In this document: one piece after another, positions 12,707-25,021 of the stretch
Position numbering within the stretch: position 1 is the stretch's first letter
Layout of the letters: each line of letters begins with the position of its first letter
Assembly: GCF_001194135.2 (NCBI RefSeq)
Contig: NC_068992.1
Location: 3,543,895 to 3,588,334 of the forward strand
Length of the DNA stretch: 44,440 nucleotides
Reading direction: 5' to 3'
Source: Octopus bimaculoides
Taxonomy: Eukaryota
The notes under the pieces: model-generated
Seen by the model: the letters and a program-made list of their open reading frames with translations, nothing else
The model's database searches: none
Told to the model about the DNA's origin: nothing
Position numbers and translations under genes: made by a program

Positions 12707-12892
12707 GATTACATATATTGTACGTATAACAACAACAGAGCAGATTTAACCGTTTCTCCGTAGACTGAAAAAATGATGAACATCCTTGATCGACGTTCGA
12801 ACTTTAAACATAATTATCTCTCTCTCTATCTATCTATCTTTATCGATTTATGTATATATCAATGTACACACGCACACACGCACACACACGCG

Positions 12893-12940
<48 letters not shown>

Positions 12941-12942
12941 TG

Positions 12943-13266
12943 AAGAGAAGAAAGAAACGCAGAGGTATAGTAAACGAGGTTTTTAACCTCCAATTTCGGT
13001 GGTTATTACACTATACATACATACATACATACATACATACATGCACATATTTATACACACACACACACACACATATGTATGTATGTCTGTCTGTATGTAT
13101 GTATGTATGCATATATGTATGTTTGTGTGTATGCATATGTGGGTCTGTGTGTATAAATATGTGCATTTATGTATGTATGCATGTATGTATGTATGTATGT
13201 GTATAGTGTAAAGGCCATCGAAACAGGTTAAAAACCTCGTTTACTATACGTCTGAGTTTCTTTCGT

Positions 13267-13270
<4 letters not shown>
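12943..13270. repeat. Inverted pair of about 70-75 bp elements around a microsatellite spacer
   Basis: 25/25 identity between 12965-12989 and rc of 13225-13249 (AGGTTAAAAACCTCGTTTACTATAC), with flanking homology. Confidence 0.85.
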
Positions 13271-13329
<59 letters not shown>

Positions 13330-13815
13330 NNNNNNNNNNNNNNNNNNNNNNNNNNNNNNNNNNNNNNNNNNNNNNNNNNNNNNNNNNNNNNNNNNNNNNN
13401 NNNNNNNNNNNNNNNNNNNNNNNNNNNNNNNNNNNNNNNNNNNNNNNNNNNNNNNNNNNNNNNNNNNNNNNNNNNNNNNNNNNNNNNNNNNNNNNNNNNN
13501 NNNNNNNNNNNNNNNNNNNNNNNNNNNNNNNNNNNNNNNNNNNNNNNNNNNNNNNNNNNNNNNNNNNNNNNNNNNNNNNNNNNNNNNNNNNNNNNNNNNN
13601 NNNNNNNNNNNNNNNNNNNNNNNNNNNNNNNNNNNNNNNNNNNNNNNNNNNNNNNNNNNNNNNNNNNNNNNNNNNNNNNNNNNNNNNNNNNNNNNNNNNN
13701 NNNNNNNNNNNNNNNNNNNNNNNNNNNNNNNNNNNNNNNNNNNNNNNNNNNNNNNNNNNNNNNNNNNNNNNNNNNNNNNNNNNNNNNNNNNNNNNNNNNN
13801 NNNNNNNNNNNNNNN

Positions 13816-13848
<33 letters not shown>

Positions 13849-14022
13849 GTGCATGTGTGTATGTGTGTATATATACGTACATGTGAATGCTCGAATGATT
13901 GGATGGATGGATGGATGGATAGATTGTTGATCATATTTAACGTATACATACATTGAAAATTAGATCACAAAAGGCTAATGGCCTTTGAAATGCGCACACA
14001 TACATCTACACCTACATATGCA

Positions 14023-14140
<118 letters not shown>

Positions 14141-14193
14141 TATGTATGCATATAGATATATATGTGTGTGAGTGTGTCGCAATCTGTAAATAC

Positions 14194-14236
14194 CGTTGAT
14201 GCTGGCTGCAGGTGCTGTTGGTGCAACTATAACACT
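14194..14236 (-). other. Candidate 43-nt exon (reads xCYSCTNSTCSQHQ in phase 1)
   Basis: Long pyrimidine tract then TTGTTTCGTCTACAG acceptor; weaker donor CG|GTATTT. Confidence 0.25.
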
Positions 14237-14499
14237 CTGTAGACGAAACAATTTCAAGACAGTGAAGGGAGGAGGGAGAGAAAAGAAAAGAAAAAGAGAG
14301 AATGCGACAAAGAGAGACGATGGAGAGAAAGAAGCGTATAACATATAACTCAACACGTTTACATATTTCAAAATATACCCCGTTTTCCGATGATTGTTCA
14401 TATAATTTAACCTTGTCTTTATTTAAAATTGTTTGACAATATGTCTATCAGACTATTTAAACACCAAACTACCCCCTCTCTCTCTTTCTCTCCCTCTAT

Positions 14500-14538
14500 C
14501 TGTCTGTCTAGATATCTACCTACCTACCTGTCAGTCTG

Positions 14539-14579
<41 letters not shown>

Positions 14580-14582
14580 TTC

Positions 14583-14616
<34 letters not shown>

Positions 14617-14760
14617 CATCCATCTACTCATCCATCCATCCATTCATCCGTCTGTCCGTCCGTCCGTCCGTCCGTCCGTCCGTCCGTCCGTCCGTCCGTC
14701 CATCCATCCATCCATCCATCCATCCATCCATTCATCCGTCTGTCCGTCTGTCCCTCCTCC

Positions 14761-14821
<61 letters not shown>
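14500..14821. repeat. Compound tetranucleotide microsatellite TCTA/TCTG/TCCA/TCCG
   Basis: Direct inspection; similar compounds at 15956-16145 and 35800-35960. Confidence 0.95.
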
Positions 14822-14822
<1 letters not shown>

Positions 14823-15289
14823 ACTTCATTCCGTGTGTTTAGATATGGTTGCCTATATATATTGGGATTTTGCGGAGGGTCAAAATTAGTAACTCAAACA
14901 GGACAATGAAAACCAACAGGAAGGGCTGCTAAGCCTAAACGAGGTTGTGGTGGCGAATGCGTAAATCAAGCTTGGACAGGAGACAGACATGCCTTTTTTT
15001 TTTTATAGTGAGTAATTAAAGCGCAATTATTTAAACAACTAAAAACATGTGTTTCTCTGTCTCATAAATAAAATAAGTAATATGTTTGAAGTAATAATTC
15101 CATACAGAAATATGAAGATTCTAAGCTTACGTATTAGACAAGAACTGACTGGCTGCAAGATACGCGACATTACTCCGTACCTCTTAGTATCATGTATATA
15201 CAAACGTTCATACGAACAAACATACATTCATATGTACATCCCTGAAGGATGAAAGGAAAAGTCGACCTTGGGAATAAGCAAAACGGATC

Positions 15290-15953
15290 AAACAGATTGC
15301 AAAAAAGAACGGGCAGAAACAAATTGAGGTGCGGTGTAGACAGAAGCCTCTGCATGGACAGTATATACTTCGAAGTCGAAATGCTGATGTAGATCAAGGA
15401 ACAACCCATCAGTGCCTGAGAAGCTCAGGACTAAAAGCAGAGACTGAAGGTTTCCTATTAGCGGCACAAGGACAAAGCTTGCTTGCCCAAAACTGACCCT
15501 AAATGCAGATTCTGCGATACATTTGACAAAACAATAGACCATCTCGTCTCGGGATGTCCTGTGCTAAACCAAACGGTTACAGAAGTCACCACGATAGAGT
15601 AGGACAGTATTAACATTGGAAAATATGTAAACGCTACAAAATCAACATTCCTGCTTACTGGTATGAACATCATCCTGAGCCAGTCGTTGAAGGTAAAATA
15701 TCCTCTGGGATTTTCCAGTCAACATCAACAGAACGATTCAGGCTAATCGATCAGACATAGTCATTGAAGACGAGAAAGAAAATACTTGTAGACTAATAGA
15801 TGAAAGTGTTCCCACTGATAAAAATATATCTGTAAAGGAATTTGACAAATTAAGTAAATATAAGGACCTGGAAATTGAAATTCAGAAAATGTGGCATCAT
15901 AAAGCGGGAACTGTTCCTGTTATTGTAGGTGCCCTAGGTATGATAAGCAAGAG
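15290..15953 (+). pseudogene. R4/Dong-like non-LTR retrotransposon C-terminal relic (CCHC plus REL endonuclease)
   Basis: Frames read KPLHGQY, LRSSGLKAETEGFLLAAQ, TIDHLVSGCP, WYEHHPEPVVE and [71 protein letters not shown]. It is frameshifted and truncated by a microsatellite. Confidence 0.88.
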
Positions 15954-16044
15954 ATGTCAATCCGTCCGTCTATCCATCCATCCATCCCTCCATCCCTCCA
16001 TCCCTCCATCCATCCATTCATCCAACTATTAGTCCGTCCTTCCG

Positions 16045-16091
<47 letters not shown>

Positions 16092-16779
16092 GTCTGTTTG
16101 TCTGTCCGTCTGTCCGTCCGTCTGTCTGTCCGCCTGTCTGTCTATTTCTATCTCTCACATTGTAGTACACCCCCACATGCCCCCCCCCCCTCCACTCAAC
16201 ACTAAAAAGATCATTAGCTTTTATTCCGCTGGCTATTGTTATTTCCAAATTTAATATTCGCTTCTTATGAGGCAGTTTATTAAATCCATTTGAATCTCAG
16301 TCTACGAATTTAATTGATTTGCGATTCAAAATAGAAGACGAATAAAAATTAATATAATAACATTTATATTAAAGAACAATAACTGTAAACATTAGAAGGA
16401 CATCGACCCTTCTAGTTCCATAATAATGACAATTATTATATATTTAATTACTTCGTCCCAGAGGAATAAAGGACCACCTGCCTGGTAGCTCGGCCTACTA
16501 GAAATAACAAAATTTCCTTGATGTCACAACTTTTGATGTCAGAAGATTGGATGACATTATAATGTAGTTCTCGGTTAGAACGGAACTGGATAAAAGACGG
16601 TATCAACGAGATCCCGAGTTCGATCGCAATACGTGATATATGCTTTGCAAGTATGCTTTGTATCAGATTCAGATCGAACGAAGCAAGCCTTGTGAATGAA
16701 AGTGGCTAGATGGAAATTGTGAAGAAGCCTGTCGGATGGGTTGTGCCATCGAATATTAATTTACATGTATAGGCTGGTT

Positions 16780-16995
16780 GTGTGGTTGAGAAGCTCGGCA
16801 TGTAACCACGTGGTTTTGGATTCAGTTCCTACTGCACTGCGGCATCTTAGGCAAGTGCATGTTTTTGTCACGCACCGTTTGACAACCGGTGTTGGTTTGT
16901 TTACGTGTTCGTAGTATAGCGGCTCGGCAATAAAAACTCGACAGAATAAGTGCCTGCTTTGAAAAAGAACGGGTATTTGGGATGATTTGTTCAGC
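16780..16995 (+). mobile_element. SINE family B, degenerate
   Basis: GGTTGTGTGGTTGAGAAGCTC..AACCACGTGGTTTTGGATTCAGTTCC..GGCAAGTG..GACAACCGGTGTTGGTTTGTTTACG. Confidence 0.7.
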
Positions 16996-17000
16996 TCACT

Positions 17001-17085
17001 GGGAACAGTGAGCAAAAATCTCGAGGAGTATGTGGAAAAATAGGGGCTGCAAAAAGGGTGGAGCACTTGCAGAAAACAGCACTGT
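17001..17085 (+). mobile_element. R4/Dong-like 3' ORF fragment
   Basis: GTVSKNLEEY..GAAKRVEHLQKTAL, closely matching 18275-18360. Confidence 0.7.
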
Positions 17086-17351
17086 TCCCAATGTTCTTTT
17101 TCTTTTCGCCTGTTATAAAATTGTAACTTAAAAACTGATGATCTCATTCCATCAGCGTGTGGACGCTGGTTGCTCTCGTTCATACTTTACGTTTAAATTT
17201 CTGTAATTTTGAATTTTTAGCACTTCTTATTTTGAACTTGACACGCGTACTGTTGAAATATCGTTCAACTAATAAAATATCTTACAACCGAATCGCGCTC
17301 TTCATCTTGACTGATTACCTTTGTGAAGAGTTACGTCAATCCTTTTTTGAA

Positions 17352-17403
<52 letters not shown>

Positions 17404-17404
<1 letters not shown>

Positions 17405-17645
17405 TTTTTTCCATTATTGGCTACAAGGGGCGAGCACAAAACAAAAAGGGACAACACAATATAAGGGACAAATGAAGCATTGCATAAAATTAGTTGTATC
17501 TAATAAAAACAACGCCAACAACAATAATGAGACAATAAAATTCCCCAAGGTGGGGAGATCCACCTACGGACAACCAAGGAACCCCACACAGCCTTGTCAT
17601 CCCGACAACCTAGGACACTTCAGGTATGCACCATTGTCCTTTCTC
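17404..17645 (-). mobile_element. Possible LINE 3' end/UTR with (ATT)n tail
   Basis: GC-richer segment ending (on the minus strand) in the (ATT)n tract 17355-17403. Homology to an ORF end is weak. Confidence 0.3.
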
Positions 17646-17711
17646 AACCCCCTCCGGCTTACATGCGTATGATCAGAGTAGGGTCATTCACATGGGCCAT
17701 CCTCACCACAT

Positions 17712-17835
17712 TTACCCACCTTTCATGAAAGGCAAAGTCGACCTCGGCGGAATTTTAACTCAGAACGTAGCAGCAGACGAAATACCACATACCATTTCGC
17801 CCGGCGTGCTAACGATTCTGCCAGCTCGCCACCTT
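17712..17835 (-). mobile_element. SINE family A 5' half
   Basis: TGAAAGGCAAAGTCGACCTCGGCGGAATTTTAACTCAGAACG..TGCCAGCTCGCCACC. Confidence 0.85.
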
Positions 17836-17924
17836 AAAAAAAAAAAAAAAATCACCAAAAAAACTGATTTCTAATCGATCTATCAATACCAACAGATGAC
17901 AACGTTTCTCTTAAAGAACAGGGG

Positions 17925-18220
17925 AAACTTCCAAAAAACAATTCCTCTAATGGTAGGCACATTAGGCATGCTAAGAAAAAAATACAAAACATTCAGACAA
18001 GTACATAACCAAAATATCAGGATTTACAAGTACATATAACATACAGAAAATAACACTACTAGGCACTGCACATACCCAATGTAAAACACTTTCAGTACAG
18101 TGAAAATAAGATCATCACAACAAACCACAGCACATAACCAAGGTACACAGAGCTGCGCTCGGTAGTGCAGTGAAAGCACGTGATAAAAATAAAACTACTG
18201 AATAATAATAATAATAATAA
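17925..18220 (+). mobile_element. R4/Dong-like 3' end with (AAT)n tail
   Basis: KTIPLMVGTLGML..DKYITKISG..NIQKITLLGTAHT, then a short UTR and (AAT)n at 18201-18220. Confidence 0.75.
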
Positions 18221-18517
18221 GCAATTGTGGTCGATGAAAAAGGTGGTGGTAGTACCAATAATTGTCGGAGCCCGGGGAACTATGAGCCAAAATCTTGAGA
18301 AGTACATGGAACAAATAGGGGCTGCAATAAGGGTGGAGCACCTGCAGAAAACAGCACTGCTTGGAACCGCTCGAATACTCCGGAAGGTGCTCGAAAAATA
18401 AGAGGTGTTATTTTAGCTCACTGGTAGAGAACAGCTGACACCGTAGAACATCTCCAGCGTTAGAAGCTGTGCAAAGGCAATAATAATAATAATAACAATA
18501 ATAATAATAATAATATT

Positions 18518-18552
<35 letters not shown>
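18221..18552 (+). mobile_element. R4/Dong-like 3' end (different subfamily) with (AAT)n tail
   Basis: QLWSMKKVVVVPIIVGARGTMSQNLEKYMEQIGAAIRVEHLQKTALLGTARILRKVLEK* (stop 18399-18401), then UTR and (AAT)n at 18479-18552. Confidence 0.85.
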
Positions 18553-18553
<1 letters not shown>

Positions 18554-19264
18554 GCCTTTGTATGTTAATCTTGCTCAATATCTGATCCATTTTATCCGTT
18601 GAATATTTAAATATTTAATTTACGATATATGTTTACATACGCGGTAAATGCTGTCAGCCTGGAGATCAGCGATATCCAGCAAGAAACAAATGTACTGTTG
18701 AGCCGTTGTTGTTTCACTACGTTGCCATTGTATATATTGTGTTTTATACATCCTGGTTGTTTTATTGTGTTTAATTGGTTGAATCAGATGATGACGTCAA
18801 TGTTGATCCTTGTAATGGAAGTCGATACTTTAGACAACGGAGAAAGGGTCGGTCGCGAAGTAGCGGTTGGTAGTGGTGTGGTGGAGGGGGAAAGAGGGCG
18901 GGTCATTTATCTAGGTTTTATTGAATTAGTTTTCCTGGGTTGTTGTTATTGTGATTGTTGTTGTTATAGACATTTTTGCTGTGTTGCTTTGTTATTTTGT
19001 TTTTGTTTTGATATGTTTGTTTATTTGTTTGACAGTTGTCATGTGTATACGGGATCGTTTGTCGTATATATCAGGCGAGACTTGAACGAGATTAGCTTGG
19101 CTTGCGGTACATACCATCTAAACCAACTAGCCAGCCAGCCAACCAACCAACCAACCAAAAAAACAAACAAACAAACAAGCAAATACACAAACAAAATAAA
19201 AACAAGACAAAATAAAGATAAATCTTGAGAAGAATAGGAAAAAAGTTCAGTTGGTGGTTAATAT

Positions 19265-19785
19265 CTTAGAGCTGGTAGAAGTAATAGTAGTGGTAGTAGT
19301 AGTGGTGATGGTGGTGGTGGTGGTGGTGTTCTGTTGTTGGTGATGATGATTGTGTTGTTAATGGTGAAGGTAGTGATAGTGGTGGTAGTGTTGGTGGTGG
19401 TGTTGGTGTTGGTGGTAGTGGTGGGGTTAATAGGTTGGTCGTGTTTGTAGTGGTAGCACAAGTGGTAGTAGTAGTAGTAGCAGTAATAGAAGTAGTAGTA
19501 TAGTGGTGGTAGTAGTAGTGGCAGTAGCAGTAGTAGTAGTAGTGGTAGTAGTAATAGAAGTAGTAGTATAGTAGTGGTGGTGGTGGTGGTGGTGGTAGTA
19601 GTAGTAGTAGTCGTGGTAGTAGTGTTGTAAATAATAGTAAATAGCAGCGGTTGCCGTGATAATCGTTGTTGTATTGGCGGTGTTAATGATATAATGACAG
19701 CAGCAGTGGTATTAGTAGTAGTCATCGTCGTCGTCGTTGTAGTAGTAGTAGTAGTAGTAATAGTAGCAGTAGTCGCAGCAGCAAG
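19265..19785. repeat. (GTA)n/(GTG)n trinucleotide low-complexity tract
   Basis: Direct inspection. Confidence 0.9.
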
Positions 19786-19864
19786 TTAATCAGAAAGATA
19801 AGAAACATTAGGCGGGAAAATATGTATGATATTTCGGCGGTGGTTTTTTTTTCTTATACAGTGA

Positions 19865-20147
19865 AAGTTTTTCCAAACATCATCCAGTGATGTACCTGGA
19901 CACATCCTCATTCATGCTACCTGGGGTGGAGGGTGGGGGTCATTAGTTGTGTTGGATCTTTCAACAATCAAATACCCTCTCCCAGGTGACCCAGCTATGT
20001 TTGATCCGGCCTCCACCTTGTGCCCAGTTAGCACTACCTCTGGTAGCACTCGCTCTTCCAAAGCTCGTCACTCCTGATCCATAGTGACCTTGAGGCAACA
20101 CTTACTGCTTTCACAACCAACCTGATAGCCTCCATCCCACTGCTCCA
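19865..20147 (-). mobile_element. HERO-like (REL clade) LINE 3' end and UTR
   Basis: GMEAIRLVVKAVSVASRSLWIRSDELW resembles the AE.AS.WLW.KR...W terminus. The UTR contains GCTGGGTCACCTGGG..GAGGGT..TGTTGAAAGA and GATGTGTCC. Clade assigned from recalled motifs. Confidence 0.55.
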
Positions 20148-20164
20148 ATACATACGTACATACA

Positions 20165-20200
<36 letters not shown>

Positions 20201-20229
20201 CACACACACACATATGCATACATAAGAAA

Positions 20230-20525
20230 GGATCTCCTTCGGTCATGAATGACCGTGGGATTGCACCTAGAAAGTTCCCTTCTGGGGTACAAGTACAAAC
20301 AAGGTTGTTTATAGAAGACCAGATGTTGCCCCTGTATACCAGCCTCCCCTCTCAATGCCACTGATGTCATCCAAGGGAAAGGCAAAGGGGCCGATAAAGC
20401 TTGACACCAGTGATGTCACAACTCATTTCTACAGCTGAGTGAACTGGAGCAACGTGAAATAAAGTGTCTTGCTCAAGAACACAACACAGCCCAGTTCGGG
20501 AATCGAACTCTAACCACTGAACCAT
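20230..20525 (-). mobile_element. SINE family C with RTE-like 3' tail
   Basis: CAGCTGAGTGAACTGGAGCAACGTGAAATAAAGTGTCTTGCTCAAGAACACAAC core; tail rc CAATCCCACGGTCATTCATGACCGAAGGAGATCC. Confidence 0.75.
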
Positions 20526-20536
20526 ACATACATACA

Positions 20537-20567
<31 letters not shown>

Positions 20568-20569
20568 GT

Positions 20570-20770
20570 CTGAACTATGGAGAAATCTACAGTTACTCTA
20601 CCCAGATTACAAGTTCAGGTTTATACTTGTAATTATTGGGGCACTGAGAGATGTAACACACCTATCTTGAGAAAATTACGCTTCTCAAAACCAGAAAGAA
20701 GAGCGCTGATTCGAAACCATCACTGGAACTGTAAAAATCTGTAAAACTCTCCAGAAGTTTACCATTTAAG
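20570..20770 (+). mobile_element. R4/Dong-like 3' ORF fragment
   Basis: ELWRNLQLLYPDYKFRFILVIIGAL...ITGTVKICKTLQKFTI*. Confidence 0.65.
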
Positions 20771-21508
20771 TATGTATGCGCATATCTAGACATGCAACTA
20801 TATGCATGAGAAAGCATAGATAAAACGAAACATACAAATCTGCACATGTACTGACTCCAAATACTGCACATGTACATATATATATATATATATATATANN
20901 NNNNNNNNNNNNNNNNNNNNNNNNNNNNNNNNNNNNNNNNNNNNNNNNNNNNNNNNNNNNNNNNNNNNNNNNNNNNNNNNNNNNNNNNNNNNNNNNNNNN
21001 NNNNNNNNNNNNNNNNNNNNNNNNNNNNNNNNNNNNNNNNNNNNNNNNNNNNNNNNNNNNNNNNNNNNNNNNNNNNNNNNNNNNNNNNNNNNNNNNNNNN
21101 NNNNNNNNNNNNNNNNNNNNNNNNNNNNNNNNNNNNNNNNNNNNNNNNNNNNNNNNNNNNNNNNNNNNNNNNNNNNNNNNNNNNNNNNNNNNNNNNNNNN
21201 NNNNNNNNNNNNNNNNNNNNNNNNNNNNNNNNNNNNNNNNNNNNNNNNNNNNNNNNNNNNNNNNNNNNNNNNNNNNNNNNNNNNNNNNNNNNNNNNNNNN
21301 NNNNNNNNNNNNNNNNNNNNNNNNNNNNNNNNNNNNNNNNNNNNNNNNNNNNNNNNNNNNNNNNNNNNNNNNNNNNNNNNNNNNNNNNNNNNNNNNNNNN
21401 NNNNNNNNNNNNNNNNNNNNNNNNNNNNNNNNNNNNNNNNNNNNNNNNNNNNNNNNNNNNNNNNNNNNNNNNNNNNNNNNNNNNNNNNNNNNNNNNNNNN
21501 NNNNNNNN

Positions 21509-21554
<46 letters not shown>

Positions 21555-21994
21555 GCAATATACATACATAAATTATATGTGTTCGTGTGTGCCTGCGTGT
21601 GTGTATGTGTATGTATGTACGTATACATAGATACATATATACATGCCAAGCACGTGCCGTCAGTAATTACACATGTTAATTGGTGATGTTTATGCATTTG
21701 GTGACGTTTATGTAGTGAAACACACCCACAAAAAAATGAGCGAATCACGACTGAGTTGAAGGTAGATTTAATTCTACCTTTATAACGCGTAAAGAAAACG
21801 TTGTTGTAGGAATGTACGCAGCGCGTGTACTACAGCAGTACTATGCGTAGCTTAAATACTGAGATTGAAAGGCAGGGCGAATTATGCCCTGCCTAGTCTA
21901 CAAAAAAAAAAAAAAACATTTTGCAATTTATGCAGAGTAATCAGAGTAGCCTTCATAATTTTATTGAATTTGGTGAATTTTTTACACTTAAAAT

Positions 21995-22143
21995 CTCTTT
22001 TTACTCTTTTACCTGTTTCAGTCATTTGACTGCGGCCATGCTGGAGCACCGCCTTCAGTCGAGAATNNNNNNNNNNAGTGGGACTGAACCGGGAACCATG
22101 TGGCTGGTAAGCAAGCTACTTACCACACAGCCACTCCTGCGCC
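21995..22143 (-). mobile_element. SINE family B head and tail joined across a 10-N gap
   Basis: TTTTACCTGTTTCAGTCATTTGACTGCGGCCATGCTGGAGCACCGCC (tail) and GGGACTGAACCGGGAACCATGTGGCTGGTAAGCAAGCTACTTACCACACAGCC (head). Confidence 0.8.
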
Positions 22144-22670
22144 TATGTTACTATTAGGTACATATTTGCACCTAAAATGTTACTATCAATCTATTTTATT
22201 CAGGGTAGGCACTGCCAATCTTGCCTACCCAGGCGACACGTCTCTGATACATACATACATACATACATACATACATACATACGTACATACATACGTGCAG
22301 TCTGAGTCTAAACGTTACTTTTATGAAGAAACTAAAATAACTCAGAAAAATGTCACCAGGACTTTAACAGAAACACACAAGATTAAAAAAGAACGTGGGT
22401 TAGAACTTTGTCAAAATGTAAATTAATATTTCTCACTTAGTTTTCTGTTTCATCACAGACTAAACAATCTTACACAGAGCGGAAACTAGAAATAGCGATA
22501 CACCCCCCCCCCCCCAAAAAGCAAAACAATAAAACAAGAAAGGAAAACATGGATGCCAATAGCCAAGCATGTCAGCCAGCAGCATCAGCCATTACGCAAT
22601 TCATCTCAAGTTGAGACTTTTACTGCAGGGTCGGAAAATGCCCTGTGGTATTTGTTTCGAGTTATTGTAA

Positions 22671-22885
22671 AGGCGCGTGGCTCAATTGCGGGGGGGGGGG
22701 GTCGGCTCACGATCGTAAGGTCATGGTTTCGATTCCAGGAGACGCGTTGTGTCCTTGAGCAAGACACTTCATTTCACGTTGCTCTAGTCCAGTCAGCTGG
22801 TAAAAGTGAGTTGTACCTTTGATTAAAAGGCCCACCCTTGTCCCATTCTTTATTACGCTGAATCTCCTTGTGAACTACGTTAACT
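22671..22885 (+). mobile_element. SINE family C
   Basis: GGCGCGTGGCTCAA head, GGTTTCGATTCC B-box, GTGTCCTTGAGCAAGACACTTCATTTCACGTTGCTCTAGTCCAGTCAGCTGG core. Confidence 0.8.
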
Positions 22886-22905
22886 CTGCGGGCGTCGTTG
22901 GAGTG

Positions 22906-22982
<77 letters not shown>

Positions 22983-22983
<1 letters not shown>

Positions 22984-23166
22984 GATCGAAAAAATACTTT
23001 AGGAATGAGAACCCAGGTTCGAAATTTCCCCAAGACACCTGATGAAGTCTGGAGGGTATATCAGCCGAAACGCTGTGTTAACAACAAGCAATATGAGGAC
23101 AAATATCCGTCAAATGTAAATAATGTAAATAATGTACATAATTCCTCATCTCTTAAATACAGAACT
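22983..23166 (+). mobile_element. Hammerhead-bearing repeat fragment (likely PLE terminus) abutting an (AAT)n tract
   Basis: Contains the 23034-23079 motif. It starts immediately after (AAT)n 22911-22982 and has an internal GTAAATAAT duplication. Confidence 0.45.
23034..23079 (+). ncRNA. Degenerate minimal type I hammerhead-like motif, second family
   Basis: GACAC-CTGATGA-A-GTCTG(GAGGGTATAT)CAGCC-GAAAC-GCT-GTGTT. Canonical CUGAUGA/GAAA core and stem I GACAC/GTGTT, but GCU replaces GUH and stem II has a mismatch. Confidence 0.6.
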
Positions 23167-23755
23167 GGGTGTATTAGATTGACGATCAGGAAAAATGGAG
23201 GAAGTCTTTAACTTTTCGAGCTCTTCTACAGAGCTCTTCTNNNNNNNNNNNNNNNNNNNNNNNNNNNNNNNNNNNNNNNNNNNNNNNNNNNNNNNNNNNN
23301 NNNNNNNNNNNNNNNNNNNNNNNNNNNNNNNNNNNNNNNNNNNNNNNNNNNNNNNNNNNNNNNNNNNNNNNNNNNNNNNNNNNNNNNNNNNNNNNNNNNN
23401 NNNNNNNNNNNNNNNNNNNNNNNNNNNNNNNNNNNNNNNNNNNNNNNNNNNNNNNNNNNNNNNNNNNNNNNNNNNNNNNNNNNNNNNNNNNNNNNNNNNN
23501 NNNNNNNNNNNNNNNNNNNNNNNNNNNNNNNNNNNNNNNNNNNNNNNNNNNNNNNNNNNNNNNNNNNNTATATATTATATACAGGCTGCTGACAGACGTT
23601 GAACTCGATGACAGAAACAGTGAGACATGCACTGGAACAGACACATTAAACAAATGCATAAAGGAGTGGAGAATGTACACAACTGTGTTCACATATACAC
23701 GCATACACGCATGCATACACATGCATACATTTAAATATACACTCACGAATCACGA

Positions 23756-23820
<65 letters not shown>

Positions 23821-23901
23821 CTTGCATGTATACAAATGTACATACGCATTCAAATACATCTAAAAGCACGCACAACTATGCAATACGTATGTGTGATCGA
23901 G

Positions 23902-23954
<53 letters not shown>

Positions 23955-24513
23955 GGTGGTTGGGTGCTTGGGGGGGGGGCGCTTATTTACAAACTGCATG
24001 CAGACATAACAAGATGTAATGTAAATACTACGCCGCATTTACAGACACCCGCACGCATTGACACATACACGAATACATACATATATAAAACATACGCATA
24101 GAAACAAACGTACACACAAATACACGCACATACACATACACACACTCACAGCGACGGACAAATGCGGACAAACACAGAGAGACACGCACATACGCACATA
24201 TATGCTGACAGATATACTCATACACATACGCACACACATACATACATATATACTGACACAGAAAGAGATGACGGAAAGAGCAGACAACAAAGGCCAGAGT
24301 GAGAGAGGGGGGGTAAGAAAGAATTAGGGAGAGGAGGAGAAGAGGGAATGGAGAGGGTAGGAGGAAGATTGAAAGGGAGAGAGAGAGAGAGAGAGTGACA
24401 GGTTTAAATGGAGGGAAGCAGAAGGAGAGTGACAGGTTAAGACGGAGCCTAATTAAAGATTAAGTGTGTAAAAATGTATGCGTGTTTGTATGTAAGTGCG
24501 TACGTGCATGTTC

Positions 24514-24544
<31 letters not shown>

Positions 24545-24854
24545 CTGAACTGAAGATAGGAGCATTGTAATGTAGAGTTGTTGAGTGTAATAACGTCTGG
24601 AAGGCAATTAGCCAAGTAAGGTAATAATGACTGCTTCAACAAAGTTTAAGGTATTTTGTTGGACTGATCTCTGGGACACGATCCAGATTAGCGACTTTAA
24701 AGAAAAAACAACCAAAAACAACAAAAAAACAACAACAACAACAACGACAATAATAAAACGACAACAAAGAAGGAAAAAAAACATTTCTTAAATTTTCTTT
24801 CAATTTCGTTTCGTTTTCTTTGAAAATTTGTTTCGTAGTTGCTTTTGTCCGTCG

Positions 24855-24897
<43 letters not shown>

Positions 24898-25021
24898 TGT
24901 ATTTTGTGTTTTTTGTGGGGTTTTTTTGTGTGTGTGTGTTTGATTTGTTTCAAATTTCGCAGTTTCTAGAACTAAAAAGAACAACGGAGACAAATAACAA
25001 GAACGACATCGACGACAAGAA

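Noticed and set aside
18789-18848. Plus-strand candidate exon (DDVNVDPCNGSRYFRQRRK)
   Set aside because: Weak acceptor and GTCGGT donor, with no support.
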